Part shown: positions 30,805 through 45,054 of the stretch, piece after piece | Layout: each line of letters begins with the position of its first letter | Numbering within the stretch: position 1 is the stretch's first letter | NCBI GenBank assembly: GCA_002269645.1 | Contig: NIVC01000847.1 | Coordinates: 63,820-127,819, forward strand | From: Macrostomum lignano | Lineage: Eukaryota | DNA length: 64,000 nt | Reading direction: 5' to 3' | Notes under the pieces: model-generated | The model's database searches: none | What the model saw: only the letters and a program-made list of their open reading frames with translations | Told to the model about the DNA's origin: nothing | Translations under genes and position numbers: made by a program

Positions 30805-31310
30805 AGACTGAGATCTAGAGGCTGTTTAGATTGTAATCCAGAGACTAGACATGTGATCTAAAGACTGTGATCTAGAGACTAGACAGTGACATCTAGAGAC
30901 TGATCTAGAGACTAGACAATGACATCTAGAGACTGTGATCTAGCGACTGTGATCTAGAGACTAGACACTGGCATCTAGAGACTGTGATCTAGAGACTGAG
31001 ATCTAAAGACTGTGAAGATTGTAATCCAGAGACTTGAAATTAAGTGTCAAGACTAGAGACAGTTTTAGAGACTAGACACTGAGATCTAGAGACTAGACAC
31101 TGAGATCTAGAGACTAGACACTGAGATCTAGGGACTAGACACTGAGATCTAGAGACTAGACACTGAGATCTAGAGACTAGACACTGAGATCCAGAGACTG
31201 AGATCTAAAGACTGTTATCTAGAGTAATTGATCTAGAGACTGTGATTTAGAGAATGTGTAGACAGTGATCTAGAGAATGTGTAGATAGTGATCTAGAGAC
31301 AGTGTCGACT
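30805..31310. repeat. Degenerate minisatellite, 21 bp CTAGAGACTAGACACTGAGAT
   Basis: Tandem copies. Confidence 0.85.
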
Positions 31311-31997
31311 GTGATCTTGCGACTGGCGACTGTAGAGACTCAATATTATCTTCATAAAATATCGCAAAAAAGTTTTCTAACAAAAATCTTCAAAAAATGG
31401 TTTGTCGCAATTCAAGCAAGCTGGCCACGTGCTGCAGGGGGGAAAATCTGAAACTGCAGCAGACAACCGTCCCTCGGGGGAGAATGGGATAAAAATCCTC
31501 TTAGAAGCGCACGCGCCATCATTGAGCGATTGAGCAGAGAGAAGGTATTGAGTTCACGGTAGTCACAGCAGACAAGAAAGATTAGTAGATGATGACGATT
31601 ACGATGAAAAAAGGCTTAAGGGTCTGGATGCGCATCCTTCAATTGCCTGTCTGTCTGCCTTCCTAGGCTCTCCTCTTTGATTCTTCTGTTCCCAATAAGC
31701 TTTTCCATCGTGGGGTATTGTGTTTAGCGCAAACTTTTGGCCAAAACCCCCATCATTACCAGCCATTGTGGAACACACTTAACTCATGGGTATCGGGTTG
31801 CAGTGGGGATGGCCGGTGGGTGCAGCAAACCAGTTGGCAGTTCAGTTTCCAAGCAGGATTAGCCACTGCAACTTGTACTCAATCGTTGATTTACTCAACA
31901 TGATCAACAATCAGCATTTTGGCATTAACATCTGAATGAACCAACTTTTAACACTTTATAGCTCTCAATCAATGACTAATCACCTCCTGAGTTCACA

Positions 31998-32558
31998 TCT
32001 AGACATAAATATCGCTCGGATCTAGGCACAAATATCGCTCAGATCTAGGCACAAATATCACTCAGTTCTAGGCACAAATATCACTCAAATCTAGACACAT
32101 ATACCACTCAGATTTAGGCACAAATATCACTCAGATCTAGACACAAATATCACTCAGCTCTAGGCACAAATATCACTCAGATCTAGACACAAATATCACT
32201 CAGCTCTAGGCACAAATATCACTCAGATCTAGACACAAATATCACTCAGATCTAGGCACAAATATCACTCAGATCTAGACACAAATATCACTCAGATCTA
32301 GGTACAAATATCACTCAGATCTAGGCACAAATATCACTCAGATCTAGACACAAATATCACTCAGATCTAGGCACAAATATCACTCAGATCTAGGTACAAA
32401 TATCACTCAGATCTAGGTACAAATATCACTCAGATCTAGGTACAAATATCACTCAGATCTAGGCACAAATATCACTCAGATCTAGACACAAATATCACTC
32501 AGATCTAGACACAAATATCACTCAGATCTAGGCACAAATATCACTCAGATCTAGGCAC
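31998..32558. repeat. Minisatellite, 23 bp CACAAATATCACTCAGATCTAG(G/A)
   Basis: Tandem copies. Confidence 0.95.
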
Positions 32559-33242
32559 CAGTGCAGTTGGAACATCTCTCAAAAATCTAACAGCACAGCA
32601 TCATTTGATTTTGTAAACAGTGACTGCTCAAGAGAGAGAGAGAGCGTGAGAAACCGGAGACACACTCGAACCTGCCCACTCGCTGTTCAACTGCCACACC
32701 GGCGGGCTCCTACTCTTTGTGTTGTCCTACCTACCTACCCACCTACCCAGCTACTTCTCCAACAAAAGATAGCGTGACCGCGGCTAAGAGACATCAGAGC
32801 CGGCGCAGATTAACAAGTTTAGAGTTAAAAGGGAGCTGGTTGTGTGCGCCGGCATAGCATCAGGGCAATATGATCTGGTTTGTTGAATCGCCTTCCCCCC
32901 TCGAGGTATTTCACACCCTGCCGCGTATCGAATCTGGATAATCGAGCAAAGCAAAGGGGAGGAAATGCACATCGATACAAAAAACTATCTTTTTGAGATT
33001 GGGACCAGCTCGAAAATCCCTAGGATGTCGTGACGGGACTGCTCCGATCGGAAGCCGCTAGTCTGAGTGCATTGTATCGGTTCTGTAGGGCTCTTCATCT
33101 CTTTCTCTTTGTATTAAATTTATTGGGGATTGAGTTTACAAAGAGATTCGAGTTTCCCTGCCCACCTCCGCATGCCATCGTTGATAGAAAATCCAATTAA
33201 TTTGTTATTTTGTTAGTTTTGACACTTTTAACAGTTGGGCTT

Positions 33243-34258
33243 GTCGCTGTGGATATTGTTGTGAATGTTGTGGATATTGTTGTGGATACTCTTGTGGATA
33301 TTGTTGTGAATGTTGTGGATATTGTTGTGGATATTGTTGTGGATACTCTTGTGGATATTGTTGTGAAGTTGTGGATATTGTTGTGGATATTGTTGTGGAT
33401 ATTGTTGTGGATACTCTTGTGGATATTGTTGTGAAGTTGTGGATATTGTTGTGGATATTGTTGTGGATATTGTTGTGGATATTGTTGCGGATATTTTTGT
33501 GGATATTGTTGTGAATGTCGTGGATATTGTTGTGGATACTCTTGTGGATATTGTTGTGGATATTGTTGTGAATGTTGTGGATATTGTTGTGAATGTTGTG
33601 GATATTGTTGTGAATGTTGTGGATATTGTTGAGAATGTTGTTGTGGATATTGTTGCGGATATCTTTGTGGATATTGTTGTGGATATTGTTTTGGATATTG
33701 TTGTGGATATTGTTGTGAATGTTGTGGATATTGTTGTGAATGTTGTGGATATTGTTGTGGATACTCTTGTGGATATTGTTGTGAATGTTGTGGATTTTGT
33801 TGTGAATGTTGTTGTGGATAATGTTGTGAATACTCTTGTGGATATTGTTGTGGATATTGTTGCGGATATTTTTGTGGATATTGTTGTGAATGTTGTGAAT
33901 ATTGTTGTGGATACTCTTGTGGATATTGTTGTGAATGTTGTTGTGGATATTGTTATGAATGTTGTGGATATTGTTGCGGATACTGTTGTGGATATTGTTG
34001 TGGATATTGTGGATATTGTTGCGGATATTTTTGTGGATATTGTTCTGAATGTTGTGGATATTGTTGCGGATATTTTTGTGGATATTGTTGTGAATGTCGT
34101 GGATATTGTTGTGGATACTCTTGTGGATATTGTTGTGGATATTGTTGTGGATATTGTTGTGGATATTGTTGTGGATATTGTTGTTGATATTCTTGTGGGT
34201 ACCCTTATGGATATCCTTGTGGATATTGTTGTGGATATTGTTACACATATTTTTGTGG
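33243..34258. repeat. Minisatellite, 12 bp GTGGATATTGTT / GTGAATGTT
   Basis: Tandem copies; source of the His/Asn- and Thr/Ile-rich pseudo-ORFs. Confidence 0.95.
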
Positions 34259-34978
34259 CAACTTTGTGTTGATTCTTTTGTGACACAATTTATTTTGACT
34301 GTCAATTATTTCAGTGATGAGTGAATTAGCAAATGACTATTTTGAGTCACTTATTATCTCGTACCCCGTGTTGCCTTCAACGCAGGAGGATCGGAGAAGT
34401 AATTACGCTTACAGACTGCTTTGCCGGTCCAATTAAAAGGCATCGGTTGCAAGATATTAAACTTGATTTCCTCAAAGCTGACAGGAAAAGCATACACGGG
34501 AGACCATGATTGCTTTCGTGTGTGTGTGTTTTTTCCCGAAAACTCCAAGTCATATTTCAGCTCCTTGCTCGGTGGAAAAGCAAAAGCAGAGAAATTAGAG
34601 AGGCCTTCGTGTCATTAGCAGATTGTTGCTAGCCAGGGTAATCAGCCGGGGCTGTTAGCAACCATTTAAGCCTTCATCCGGGGGAGGAGGAAGCTTCCCC
34701 AAAATCCCCAGCTGCACTGACACCGCACTCCGTCCTTCCCTACCCCTCCGGCCGCAGCCCATGTTGAGGGTCTGATGATTTTTATTTTCATCCTTAATCT
34801 AGCCAATGATTTCTTCTGCAAAAGAGACTTTAGCGGCTGATTTGCTGGGCCCTGCTGCTTCCTGTTCGGTTTCTCAATCTCAGAAAATCTCAAAGGTGAC
34901 CCGTCGGCCTCTCTGCAACCGGCAGGGTTATTTTCATTTTCTAAGTAATTTCTTCAATTACACAAATTATTCCTTTTT

Positions 34979-35014
<36 letters not shown>

Positions 35015-35270
35015 TCCGCGCTAATCTTTCCGCTTCTTTCTTCTTCTAGTGGAGTGAGTGGCAGAAGCTTCTCCTCTAGTTTTAACTTTCTCCTCTGTTC
35101 TCCCCCCTTTGTGCCTCTTTGTTACCTAAGCAGCCGCGCTAATCTCTTTCATTGGATTGGAAGATCCTCAGAAATTTTCTCAACTTGTGCCACACCTGTG
35201 TCGCTTTCTGCTCGGGAAAAGGCGGAAAGTTGGTTGACTTTGCTGCAACAACTGGGGGCTCCCGGTTGGC

Positions 35271-37128
35271 GCCGTTTCACTTCCATTTGACGCCATTTGA
35301 TTTCCATTTGACTTCCATTTGACTTTAATTTGACCGACCACCACTTGACGCCATTTGATCACCACTTGACGCCATTTGATCACCACTTGACGCCATTTGA
35401 TCACCACTTGATGCCATTTGATCACCACTTGACGCCATTTGATCACCACTTGACGCCATTTGATCACCACTTGACGCCACTTGATCACCACTTGACTTCC
35501 ATTTGACGACCACTTGACTTCCATTTGACTCCCATTTGACTCCCATTTGACTCCCATTTGACTCCCATTTGACTCCCATTTGACTCTCATTTGACTTCCA
35601 TTTGACTCTCATTTGACTTCCATTTGACGCCATTTGACTCCCATTTGACTCCCATTTGACTCCCTTTTGACTTCCATTTGACTTCCATTTGACTCCCATT
35701 TGACGCCATTTGACTTCCATTTGACTCCCATTTGACTTCCATTTGACTCTCATTTGACTCCCATTTGACTCTCATTTGACGCCATTTGACTTCCATTTGA
35801 CGCCGTTTCACTTCCATTTGACGCCATTTGATTTCCATTTGACTTCCATTTGACTTTAATTTGACCGACCACCACTTGACGCCATTTGATCACCACTTGA
35901 CGCCATTTGATCACCACTTGACGCCACTTGATCACCACTTGACGCCATTTGATCACCACTTGACGCCATTTGATCACCACTTGATGCCATTTGATCACCA
36001 CTTGACGCCATTTGATCACCACTTGACGCCATTTGTTCACCACTTGACGCCATTTGATCACCACTTGATGCCATTTGATCACCACTTGACGCCATTTGAT
36101 CACCACTTGACGCCATTTGATCACCACTTGACCCCTTTTGACGACCACTTGACTTCCATTTGACTCCCATTTGACTCCCATTTGACTCCCATTTGACTCC
36201 CATTTGACTCCCATTTGACTCTCATTTGACTTCCATTTGACTCTCATTTGACTTCCATTTGACGCCATTTGACTCCCATTTGACTCCCATTTGACTCCCT
36301 TTTGACTTCCATTTGACTTCCATTTGACTCCCATTTGACGCCATTTGACTTCCATTTGACTCCCATTTGACTTCCATTTGACTCTCATTTGACTCCCATT
36401 TGACTCTCATTTGACGCCATTTGACTTCCATTTGACGCCATTTGACTTCCATTTGACGCCATTTGACTTCCATTTGACTCTCATTTGACTTCCATTTGAC
36501 GCCATTTGACTTCCATTTGACGCCATTTGACTTCCATTTGACGCCATTTGACTTCCATTTGACTCTCATTTGACTTCCATTTGACGCCATTTGACTTCTA
36601 TTTGACGCCTTTTGACTTCCATTTGACGCCATTTGACTTCCATTTGACTCTCATTTGACTTCCATTTGACGCCATTTGACTTCTATTTGACGCCATTTGA
36701 CTTCCATTTGACGCCATTTGACTTCCATTTGACTCTCATTTGACTTCCATTTGACGCCATTTGACTTCCATTTGACTCTCATTTGACTTCCATTTGACGC
36801 CATTTGACTTCCATTTGACTCTCATTTGACTTCCATTTGACGCCATTTGACTTCCATTTGACTCTCATTTGACTTCCATTTGACGCCATTTGACTTCCAT
36901 TTGACTCTCATTTGACTTCCATTTGACGCTATTTGACTTCCATTTGACTCTCATTTGACTTCCATTTGACGCCATTTGACTTCCATTTGACGCCATTTGA
37001 CTTCCATTTGACTCTCATTTGACTTCCATTTGACGCCATTTGACTTCCATTTGACTCTCATTTGACTTCCATTTGACGCCATTTGACTTTCATTTGACTC
37101 TCATTTGACTTCCATTTGACGCTATTTG
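35271..37128. repeat. Compound satellite: 10-11 bp CATTTGAC(TTC/TC/GC) plus 21 bp TCACCACTTGACGCCATTTGA blocks
   Basis: Tandem copies with an internal block duplication. Confidence 0.95.
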
Positions 37129-38489
37129 ACAGCTACTATTTATTGACTTGCATCTGCATAACCCGTATTGAATTACAAACTATGAAATCTTTCATAATTT
37201 TTGAGATTCTAAAGTCAAACAGAGTTTTTTGCAGACTAAATAAACCAACAACAAATTTTAAGGAGGCATCTCTAACTCGGCTTCTTGTCCAATGGATAGA
37301 ATTGCAAAGCTGTGCAAACTGATGCCCAATGTATCTCAGACAGCAATAATCACTGATATACTCAACTCAGCGATCAGTTAAGCTTTAATGGGCCGAGTTC
37401 TGAGCACCCCGCGGGATTCTTGAGACAATTGCGTCTCAGAATTATTCGGGAGGAGGAGTGGCTGCTCAAAAGCCTCGATTTGATGGCCTCGAATTGCAGA
37501 AGCAGAAGACTAACTGCACGCGAAATTGCTTTGGCATCGGATAGCATCGATAAGATGAATAGTGGGGGCACTTAATGCACAGTTTTTGGCTCTGAGACAA
37601 TAGGGGTACTTTTATAATAGATTCATGGACAGCTCAAATAGATGGACACCGCTTCCTCTAAAGTGTGGGAAATTCCCCGCCCTAATCGTGGATTTAATTC
37701 CCTTACAGTGTGAGAAATACCCCGCCCTCGTCATGGCTGAAATTCACAGTTTCAAATGCCGAACTGATTGCAGAAGCCGAGTCAGGAAGTGAAGGAAGTT
37801 GGCCTGAGCAGGCCTGAAGAAGAAATTGAGCCGAATTGAAAATTATGACGTCCGTCTGCTTGTTGAAGACCCGCGCTCTCCGGGTTATTAACGGCGCAGA
37901 AATCTGAAAGCAACATGCAACAATATACAGATGAAGAAATTTTCCTTGCCGATGTTGCTTTCGCAGGAGACAGTCGGAGAAATGGAAGGGCCTTCCGGAG
38001 ATGTTTCCCCAACTCATCACCCGGAGCTGATAGGGAGGCCCGAGATCCGTGATTGCAGTCTATTAGCCATCATTCCAGCTGATTTGATGAGGCCAATGCC
38101 GCTGATGCCTTTTCCCAATCCCCCATAGTCTTTCTTTCCTTCTTTCCTTCAAGCAATCGGCACGGCCCTCTCCGGCGCTTCGCAGCGGGACGCCAGCCGA
38201 ATCCATCACTTGGCAAGCACGAATCCTGGCCTGAGATGAAGGGTGCCATTCACTCACATCTGTGTGTGTGTGTTTGGTTTTTTGGCGACTCTGCAATTTA
38301 ATCCGTTTAATTAGATCCTGTTATTATTTTAATATTGAGCTCGGCTTGGGAGCCTTGGGACATCAAGAGTCTGGCACAAGCAGATCGAGGCACGCTTTAT
38401 TGAATTTGTTAAGCTTAGTTACCTGCTGCCTTGTGTAATCACTTTTTTCTGGGATTCTCAGCCTCGGTTGATCGCGGGGTGACTTTCAC

Positions 38490-39122
38490 TCCTCCAAGCC
38501 TGTAACTCCCCAAGCCTCTCACTCCTCAAGCCTGTAACTCCTAAGCCTGTCACTTCTCAAGCATGTAACTCCTCTCAAGCCTGTCACTCCTCATGCCTGT
38601 AACTCCTCAAGCCTGTCACTTCTCAAGCCTGTCACTTCTCAAGCCTGTCACTCCTTAAGTCTGTCACTCCCCAAGCCTGTCACTCCTCAAGCATGTAACT
38701 CCTAAGCCTGTCACTTCTCAAGCATGTAACTCCTCTCAAGCCTGTCACTCCTCATGCCTGTAACTCCTCAAGCCTGTCACTTCTCAAGCCTGTCACTTCT
38801 CAAGCCTGTCACTCCTTAAGTCTGTCACTCCCCAAGCCTGTCACTCCTCAAGCATGTAACTCCTCAAGCCTGTCACTCCTCAAGCCTGTCACTCCTCAAG
38901 CATGTCACTCCTCAAGTCTGTCACTCCATAAGTCTGTCACTTCATTAGTTTTTTACTCCAACAATTAATCTGTCACTCCATTAGTCTGTCACTCCATAAG
39001 TCTGTCACTCCATTAGTCTGTCACTCCATAAGTCTGTCACTCCATTAGTCTGTCACTCCATTTAATCTGTCATTCCATTAATCTGTCACTCCATTAATTT
39101 GTCACTCCATTAGTCTGTCACT
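38490..39122. repeat. Minisatellite, ~16 bp AAGCCTGTCACTCCTC
   Basis: Tandem copies. Confidence 0.9.
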
Positions 39123-39944
39123 CTTTCGGTATTTTGTCTCTCCCCCAGCTGGTTTCACCCCGTCCTCCATGTCATAAACCTGTCACTCCACCTGACTTCT
39201 TCAAATTTCAATGCCATCCTCCCTACTGACAAGTTTGGCAATATTTTTACTTTAATTAATAGCACACGTCAGCGGAAAGATGATCTGCCAATCCATCCAG
39301 ACTTGATTGAAGCTGCTGGACAATGATTGTCGGCCATCATGGTACAACAAATAGGCTACTAAGGCTGGCAAAGCGCTCAGGCTAGCAACAGGATCCCCCC
39401 TGTCTCCCGAAGGCGTTCGCTTGCCTGCACAGATTTTTAATAGCTAAGCAATTATGCCGAATCGCTGGGGGATAGGGGGGGGGGGGTGCATGGACTGAGG
39501 CGAGGCTAAACCAGATCGGAAGGCTGTAATTTTCTATCCAACAAGTTCCAGATCGGATTTCCGCCCGCCCAATTGATAAAAGCTTGGCGGAAGACAAAGC
39601 CAAGCAATGAGCAGTGGCTTGCAGCAGTTTGGGGACAGTTTTAGAGAGAAATTAGCAACACGAACTGGAAAAGTGGCGAGCGCAGAGCAGCAGGCCTTGT
39701 GTTCCTTCCTCCTGTTGCGTCTGGCGTGTTTCCTTACACTCAGTGTGCACCTTGCTGTTGGCTAGCAGCAGCTTCTGCTTCTAATAGCTTAAATAATTGC
39801 TGGGGAGGACGGCTTCGAGTTCGCTTCATCAGATTTGTCAGGGGGGACCGTAGGGTGTGACGAATTCGATTCCTGAGCTGGATTGCGTTTAGGGCTCAGG
39901 CGGGTGGATTCTAGATAATTCCAGCTTGCATTCCCTGCTCAACT

Positions 39945-40865
39945 GTCACTCATATTCTGTCACTCACATTCTGTCACTCACATGCTGTCACTCACATTCT
40001 GTCACTGCATTTTATCACTTACATTCTGTCACTCACATGCTGTCACTCACATGCTGTCACTCACATTCTGTCACTCATATTCTGTCACTCACATTCTGTC
40101 ACTCACATGCTGTCACTCTCATTCTGTCACTCACATTCTGTCACTCATATTCTGTCACTCACATTCTGTCACTCACATGCTGTCACTCACATGCTGTCAC
40201 TCACATTCTGTCACTCATATTCTGTCACTCACATGCTGTCACTCTCATTCTGTCACTCACATTCTGTCACTCATATTCTGTCACTCACATGCTGTCACTC
40301 ACATTCTGTCACTGCATTTTGTCACTTACATTCTGTCACTCACATGCTGTCACTCACATGCTGTCACTCACATTCTGTCACTCGCATTCTGTCACTCGCA
40401 TTCTGTCACTCACATTCTGTCACTCTTATTCTGTCACTCACATTCTATCACTTAAGTTCCGTCACTCCCGAAGTGCCACTCCAAAACTGCTAATAACATT
40501 CTGTCACTCCCGAACAGTTACTAGCGAGCTTTCACTCACAAACTTTCACCCCTAAGCTATCACTTCCAAACTGTTACTCTCAAACTGTCTCTCCCAAACT
40601 GTCACTCTCAAACTATCACTTAGAAACTGTCACTCCTAAACTGTCACTCCTAAACTGTCACTCCCGAACAGTTACTAGCGAGCTTTCACTCTCAAACTGT
40701 CTCTCTCAAACTGTCACTCTCAAACTGTCACTCTCAAACTGTCACTCTCAAACTGTCACTCTCAAACTGTCACTCTCAAACCGTCACTCCCATACTACCA
40801 TTCGAAACTATTCACTCCCAACTTGCCCATCTCCATTCAGAGGTCACTATTCAACTGTCACTCCA
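39945..40865. repeat. Two adjacent 14 bp minisatellites, TGTCACTCACATTC and AAACTGTCACTCTC
   Basis: Tandem copies sharing the TGTCACTC core. Confidence 0.9.
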
Positions 40866-41744
40866 TAAAACTTGCCTCTTTTGATCGTCCCTCTAATCGC
40901 TTCAGTCTGCTTTTACTGGCCATGCCGCGTGAGCGAACTGGGCATTGTTTTTAAGCCACTTATCCACCAGGTGTGTGCCCGGACAATCACAAAGTAAAAA
41001 TCGAAGCACTTAGCACTTTTTGTTGGCGCAATTCAAGTCTAAATTAGCGACTGTTTACAGTATGCCTGTTGGCAGGTGTGTTCTCCGTTAAACACAACCT
41101 GTGCATTAATATTCTCAACCCATGCTAGCTAAATATGTAATCCAACAAATGCAAGCGAAGACCCTGAGGATTCATCAGTCATAAAAATGACTGTGACGCA
41201 ATGCTTGACAGCGCGGGGGGGGGGGCGGGGCCAACTTATCGCATTAAAAGGCTGGGATTTGAGACGTGTTTGAGGATTTTTAAGGCGACCAAGGCAGGTA
41301 TGGATTTATAAAAGGGAAATCTGTCATAATTGATATGGACAAAACACTGAGGGGCGTCCCTCTCGATCTGTCTGCCTGTCCCTCTTCTCTCCTCCTCAAG
41401 ACAACATGGTAGATGGAGGCCCTGTTTAATCCTTTAATGATAACGGAGACGGCATTTCTGGTTGGGGTGTGAGTCAATTTTTTCAGCTAAGAAGCAGGCC
41501 TTACTAACTAAATCGAAGCAATATTCGCTTTTCCTTTGCCTGGCTGTCGAACCGACTGGCGGAAAAAATTAATTTATTTTCTTTTATGACGGAGGGGTTG
41601 GATAATTTTTCCAATTAGAAACTCGAAGCGATACACCTGTATCTGGTAATTGCTATAAGCCACCTCTTCACCAGCTTAAAAACCAGATTAAATTGGATTT
41701 TTAATTAACTGCAGGTTGGCTAAAATTACTTCACTTGCAGCGCT

Positions 41745-42422
41745 ACTCTGTGTCTGCAGTGCTACTCTGTGTCTGCAGTGCTACTCTGTGTCTGCAGTGC
41801 TACTCTGTGTCTGCAGTGCTACTCTGTGTCTGCAGTGCTACTCTGTGTCTGCAGTGCTACTCTGTGTCTGCAGTGCTACTCTGTGTCTGCAGTGCTACTC
41901 TGTGTCTGCAGTGCTACTCTGTGTCTGCAGTGCTACTCTGTGTCTGCAGTGCTACTCTGTGTCTGCAGTGCTACTCTGTGTCTGCAGTGCTACTCTGTGT
42001 CTGCAGTGCTACTCTGTGTCTGCAGTGCTACTCTGTGTCTGCAGTGCTACTCTGTGTCTGCAGTGCTACTCTGTGTCTGCAGTGCTACTCTGTGTCTGCA
42101 GTGCTACTCTGTGTCTGCAGTGCTACTCTGTGTCTGCAGTGCTACTCTGTGTCCATGCAGTGCTACTCTGTGTCTGCAGTGCTACTCTGTGTCCATGCAG
42201 TGCTACTCTGTGTCTGCAGTGCTACTCTGTGTCTGCAGTGCTACTGTGTGTCTGCAGTGCTACTCTGTGTCCATGCAGTGCTACTCTGTGTCTGCAGTGC
42301 TACTCTGTGTCTGCAGTGCTACTCTGTGTCTGCAGTGCTACTCTGTGTCTATGCAGTGCTACTCTGTGTCTGCAGTGCTACTCTGTGTCTGCAGTGCTAC
42401 TCTGTGTCTGCAGTGCTACTGT
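41745..42422. repeat. Minisatellite, 19 bp CTGCAGTGCTACTCTGTGT
   Basis: Near-perfect tandem copies. Confidence 0.97.
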
Positions 42423-45054
42423 GTTCTGTCTGTCTAAAAATCTGCAACTCAGCTTTCAAATTCAGCAAATTATAACTTGCCCAGCCAGAAGGCCTATTTT
42501 GGCACAAAAAGCATGAACTAGGGAGGGGGGGCAGCCACTAACTGAGAGGCCGGTCAAACAAATAATTGGTCACTTCGAGGGCGTGGGGAAGGGCGAGATT
42601 CGATGTGCACCTGAGCTCCAGCACTAGGGAATAATAAAATATTGCAGCCCCCGCATCTCGCACAATGTCTAATCCGACAAGCCTTTTTAAAAACTACAAT
42701 CGCAGCTGGGAATTAAGTCTCTATTAGGCAGATGATGATGATGAGTTGAAAGCTTTAACAGGCAAAAAAGCCAGCGCCGATATGGCCTCGCGTTAAATAA
42801 CAGTTCTGCGCAGTGATGCCCCCCCCCCTCATAGGACTCAGCTGGATGATATTCGACTAAAAGCACTCAGCTCTCTGAGATCAGCCTATTACGAGTAGGC
42901 CAGGGGAGCGAAGGGGATAGATGGGTAAGACAGACATTTAATCTTGAATTGTTGCTACTTCAGCAAATTACAGATCAAAGAGTTTTAAGTAGAGGCTAAA
43001 CCAGCAGCCAGCCAGGTGTCCGCGTGTCTTCCTCCCCCCCCCACCCCTTGCTTTCTCAGTCTCCGGTTGAGCTTCATCGCATCTGCTCCTCCTGCCTCTC
43101 CCCAAACTGAGTCAGCTTCGCGGCACGTTGCTGAGTTGTCGGCAGCCCCCCCCCCACTTCCCCTATCCTCCTCAATTCACTTTGCTCTCTAAGGGATCCA
43201 CTGTCTTGTACGCCCGCCCCCTTATTGCCTCTCTTTAACATATATATCCCATATCTCATTTCGCCCCTCTTTTTAGCAAAGTCATCAATCGTTTGAGTGG
43301 TTTAGCTTTCAATTATCCCCAACTCCCAATCCCCGACTCATCTTCTCTCGCTGGAGCTTCTCTGCTGTTAATACCTAGGGGCCTAAAAAGCTGCTTAGCC
43401 AGTGGCAGGTGGCAACAAGAAGCAGTGAAAGATCAAGGCTTAAAGCTCGCATGTTGTCTGTATCGCTTCCAATTCTTCTCGCTCTCCTCAAAGTCTCTGA
43501 TCGACCTCTCCTCTTAGTTAGAGAAGCTCCCAGTTCTAGTCGGCCATGCAGCTTCTGGACTAGAATTAAAACGTTTTTTAGTGTGCAACGGTCGTCCCTT
43601 TCCTACTTTGTTGGGCTGTTTAACAGATTTAAATTCATTATTCCGTATACTGTACTCTCGCAATTTCAGACCGAAATAATTTTACCTCATATTTGTACAT
43701 GTACGTACGTGGTGCATAAATAAGTGACCCACTGCACACTTATAAAATCAGATTGAAGTGTTTCTTTCATTTGCTTCTAAAGAGTAAGGCTGTTTGATTG
43801 ATATAGATGTAAATGGTAAATAGAATTTAATTCTTTTTGGAAGCTCTTGCTTGTATAATGTCTATTGACAATGCAAAATCAATGTCGTTGCAAACTAAAA
43901 AGGCTATATGTACGTGTATCATGATTATTGAGTTATTTAACATTGACAATCAAGCAAGAATAACATTTTTTGCGAAACCATTAGACAACATATGTAGCTC
44001 CAGAATAAGTTTATTGTTTATTGAAGTGTTCCAGCCAAAAATCTTACGTGCGTACTTTATTTATTTATTTTAAATTAGCAATGCTTCAAATTGTTTCCGT
44101 AGATTTAAGAAACTTTCGGGTACCGGCTTTCGGTTCAAACGTTTTGTAAGACTTAACAAAATATTTTATCTCACTCTTACAGTTTTTGGAGAAAAACTAA
44201 TTCTATACAACAGAAAAATATGTTAATATTGACTAAACGTTAGTGTGTACTTGACAGAACTAAAAAATGAGGCGAAATTGCATTATTAACGATAATTTGA
44301 ATGTATTTATATTTTCGTATAACTTTGTCTTTAAAAATGGCGATCATGCATATTGAGTCACAATTGTAATAAAAATTTTTCTGTTTAATTTTTAGTTCAT
44401 TGAAATAGAATTATGAAAGCATACGAAAAGCTGCTTGCTACCTTATACTATAGTGCACTAAGGTCATGCTTTTGCAAATTATAGATGCTTAGTCAATAAC
44501 AATAAGTCAGAAGATCTCATTATTATAAATGGATATATCATATTTATTCATATTTAGATGTTATTGTCAGTGCATGATTTGAAATCAAGACATTTTTTGT
44601 CTGCGCATTTATTTTTTATATCCAGTAACTATAAAAGTAAATAATACTTAATACAAATAGTTGTCGTTGAAGTTTTGACTTTTATACTTTTATGACGTAG
44701 TAAAGTTAGTTGTTTATAAAGATAAAAATTATGCAAGAATTATTTGTAAATCAAATTTTCCTTTATAAATGAATGTAATAATCATTTTGATACTATTATT
44801 TATATCAATTAGTATAAGTCAAGATTAGAACAACCAATTTTATAGTTAGAAGTTAGTGTGTCAAAAAGAAAAAATACTTTGTTTTTCTTAAAACTTGTTT
44901 TTTTTTCTTTTTCATTCATTCTGCTAAAAATATTTGCTAAAGATTTTTAGAGTTTTAAACAACCTTTGTCGTTTTTTATATTTAAAAATTAAAGTGAAAT
45001 ATCATTGCCTAACCAATCAATCTTCCTTTTCTTTCATGCTAAAAAACTTGAACA

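Noticed and set aside
33205-34305. His/Asn-rich and Thr-rich ORFs resembling histidine-rich or mucin proteins
   Set aside because: Translation of a 12-bp satellite, open on both strands, with no splice or domain context.
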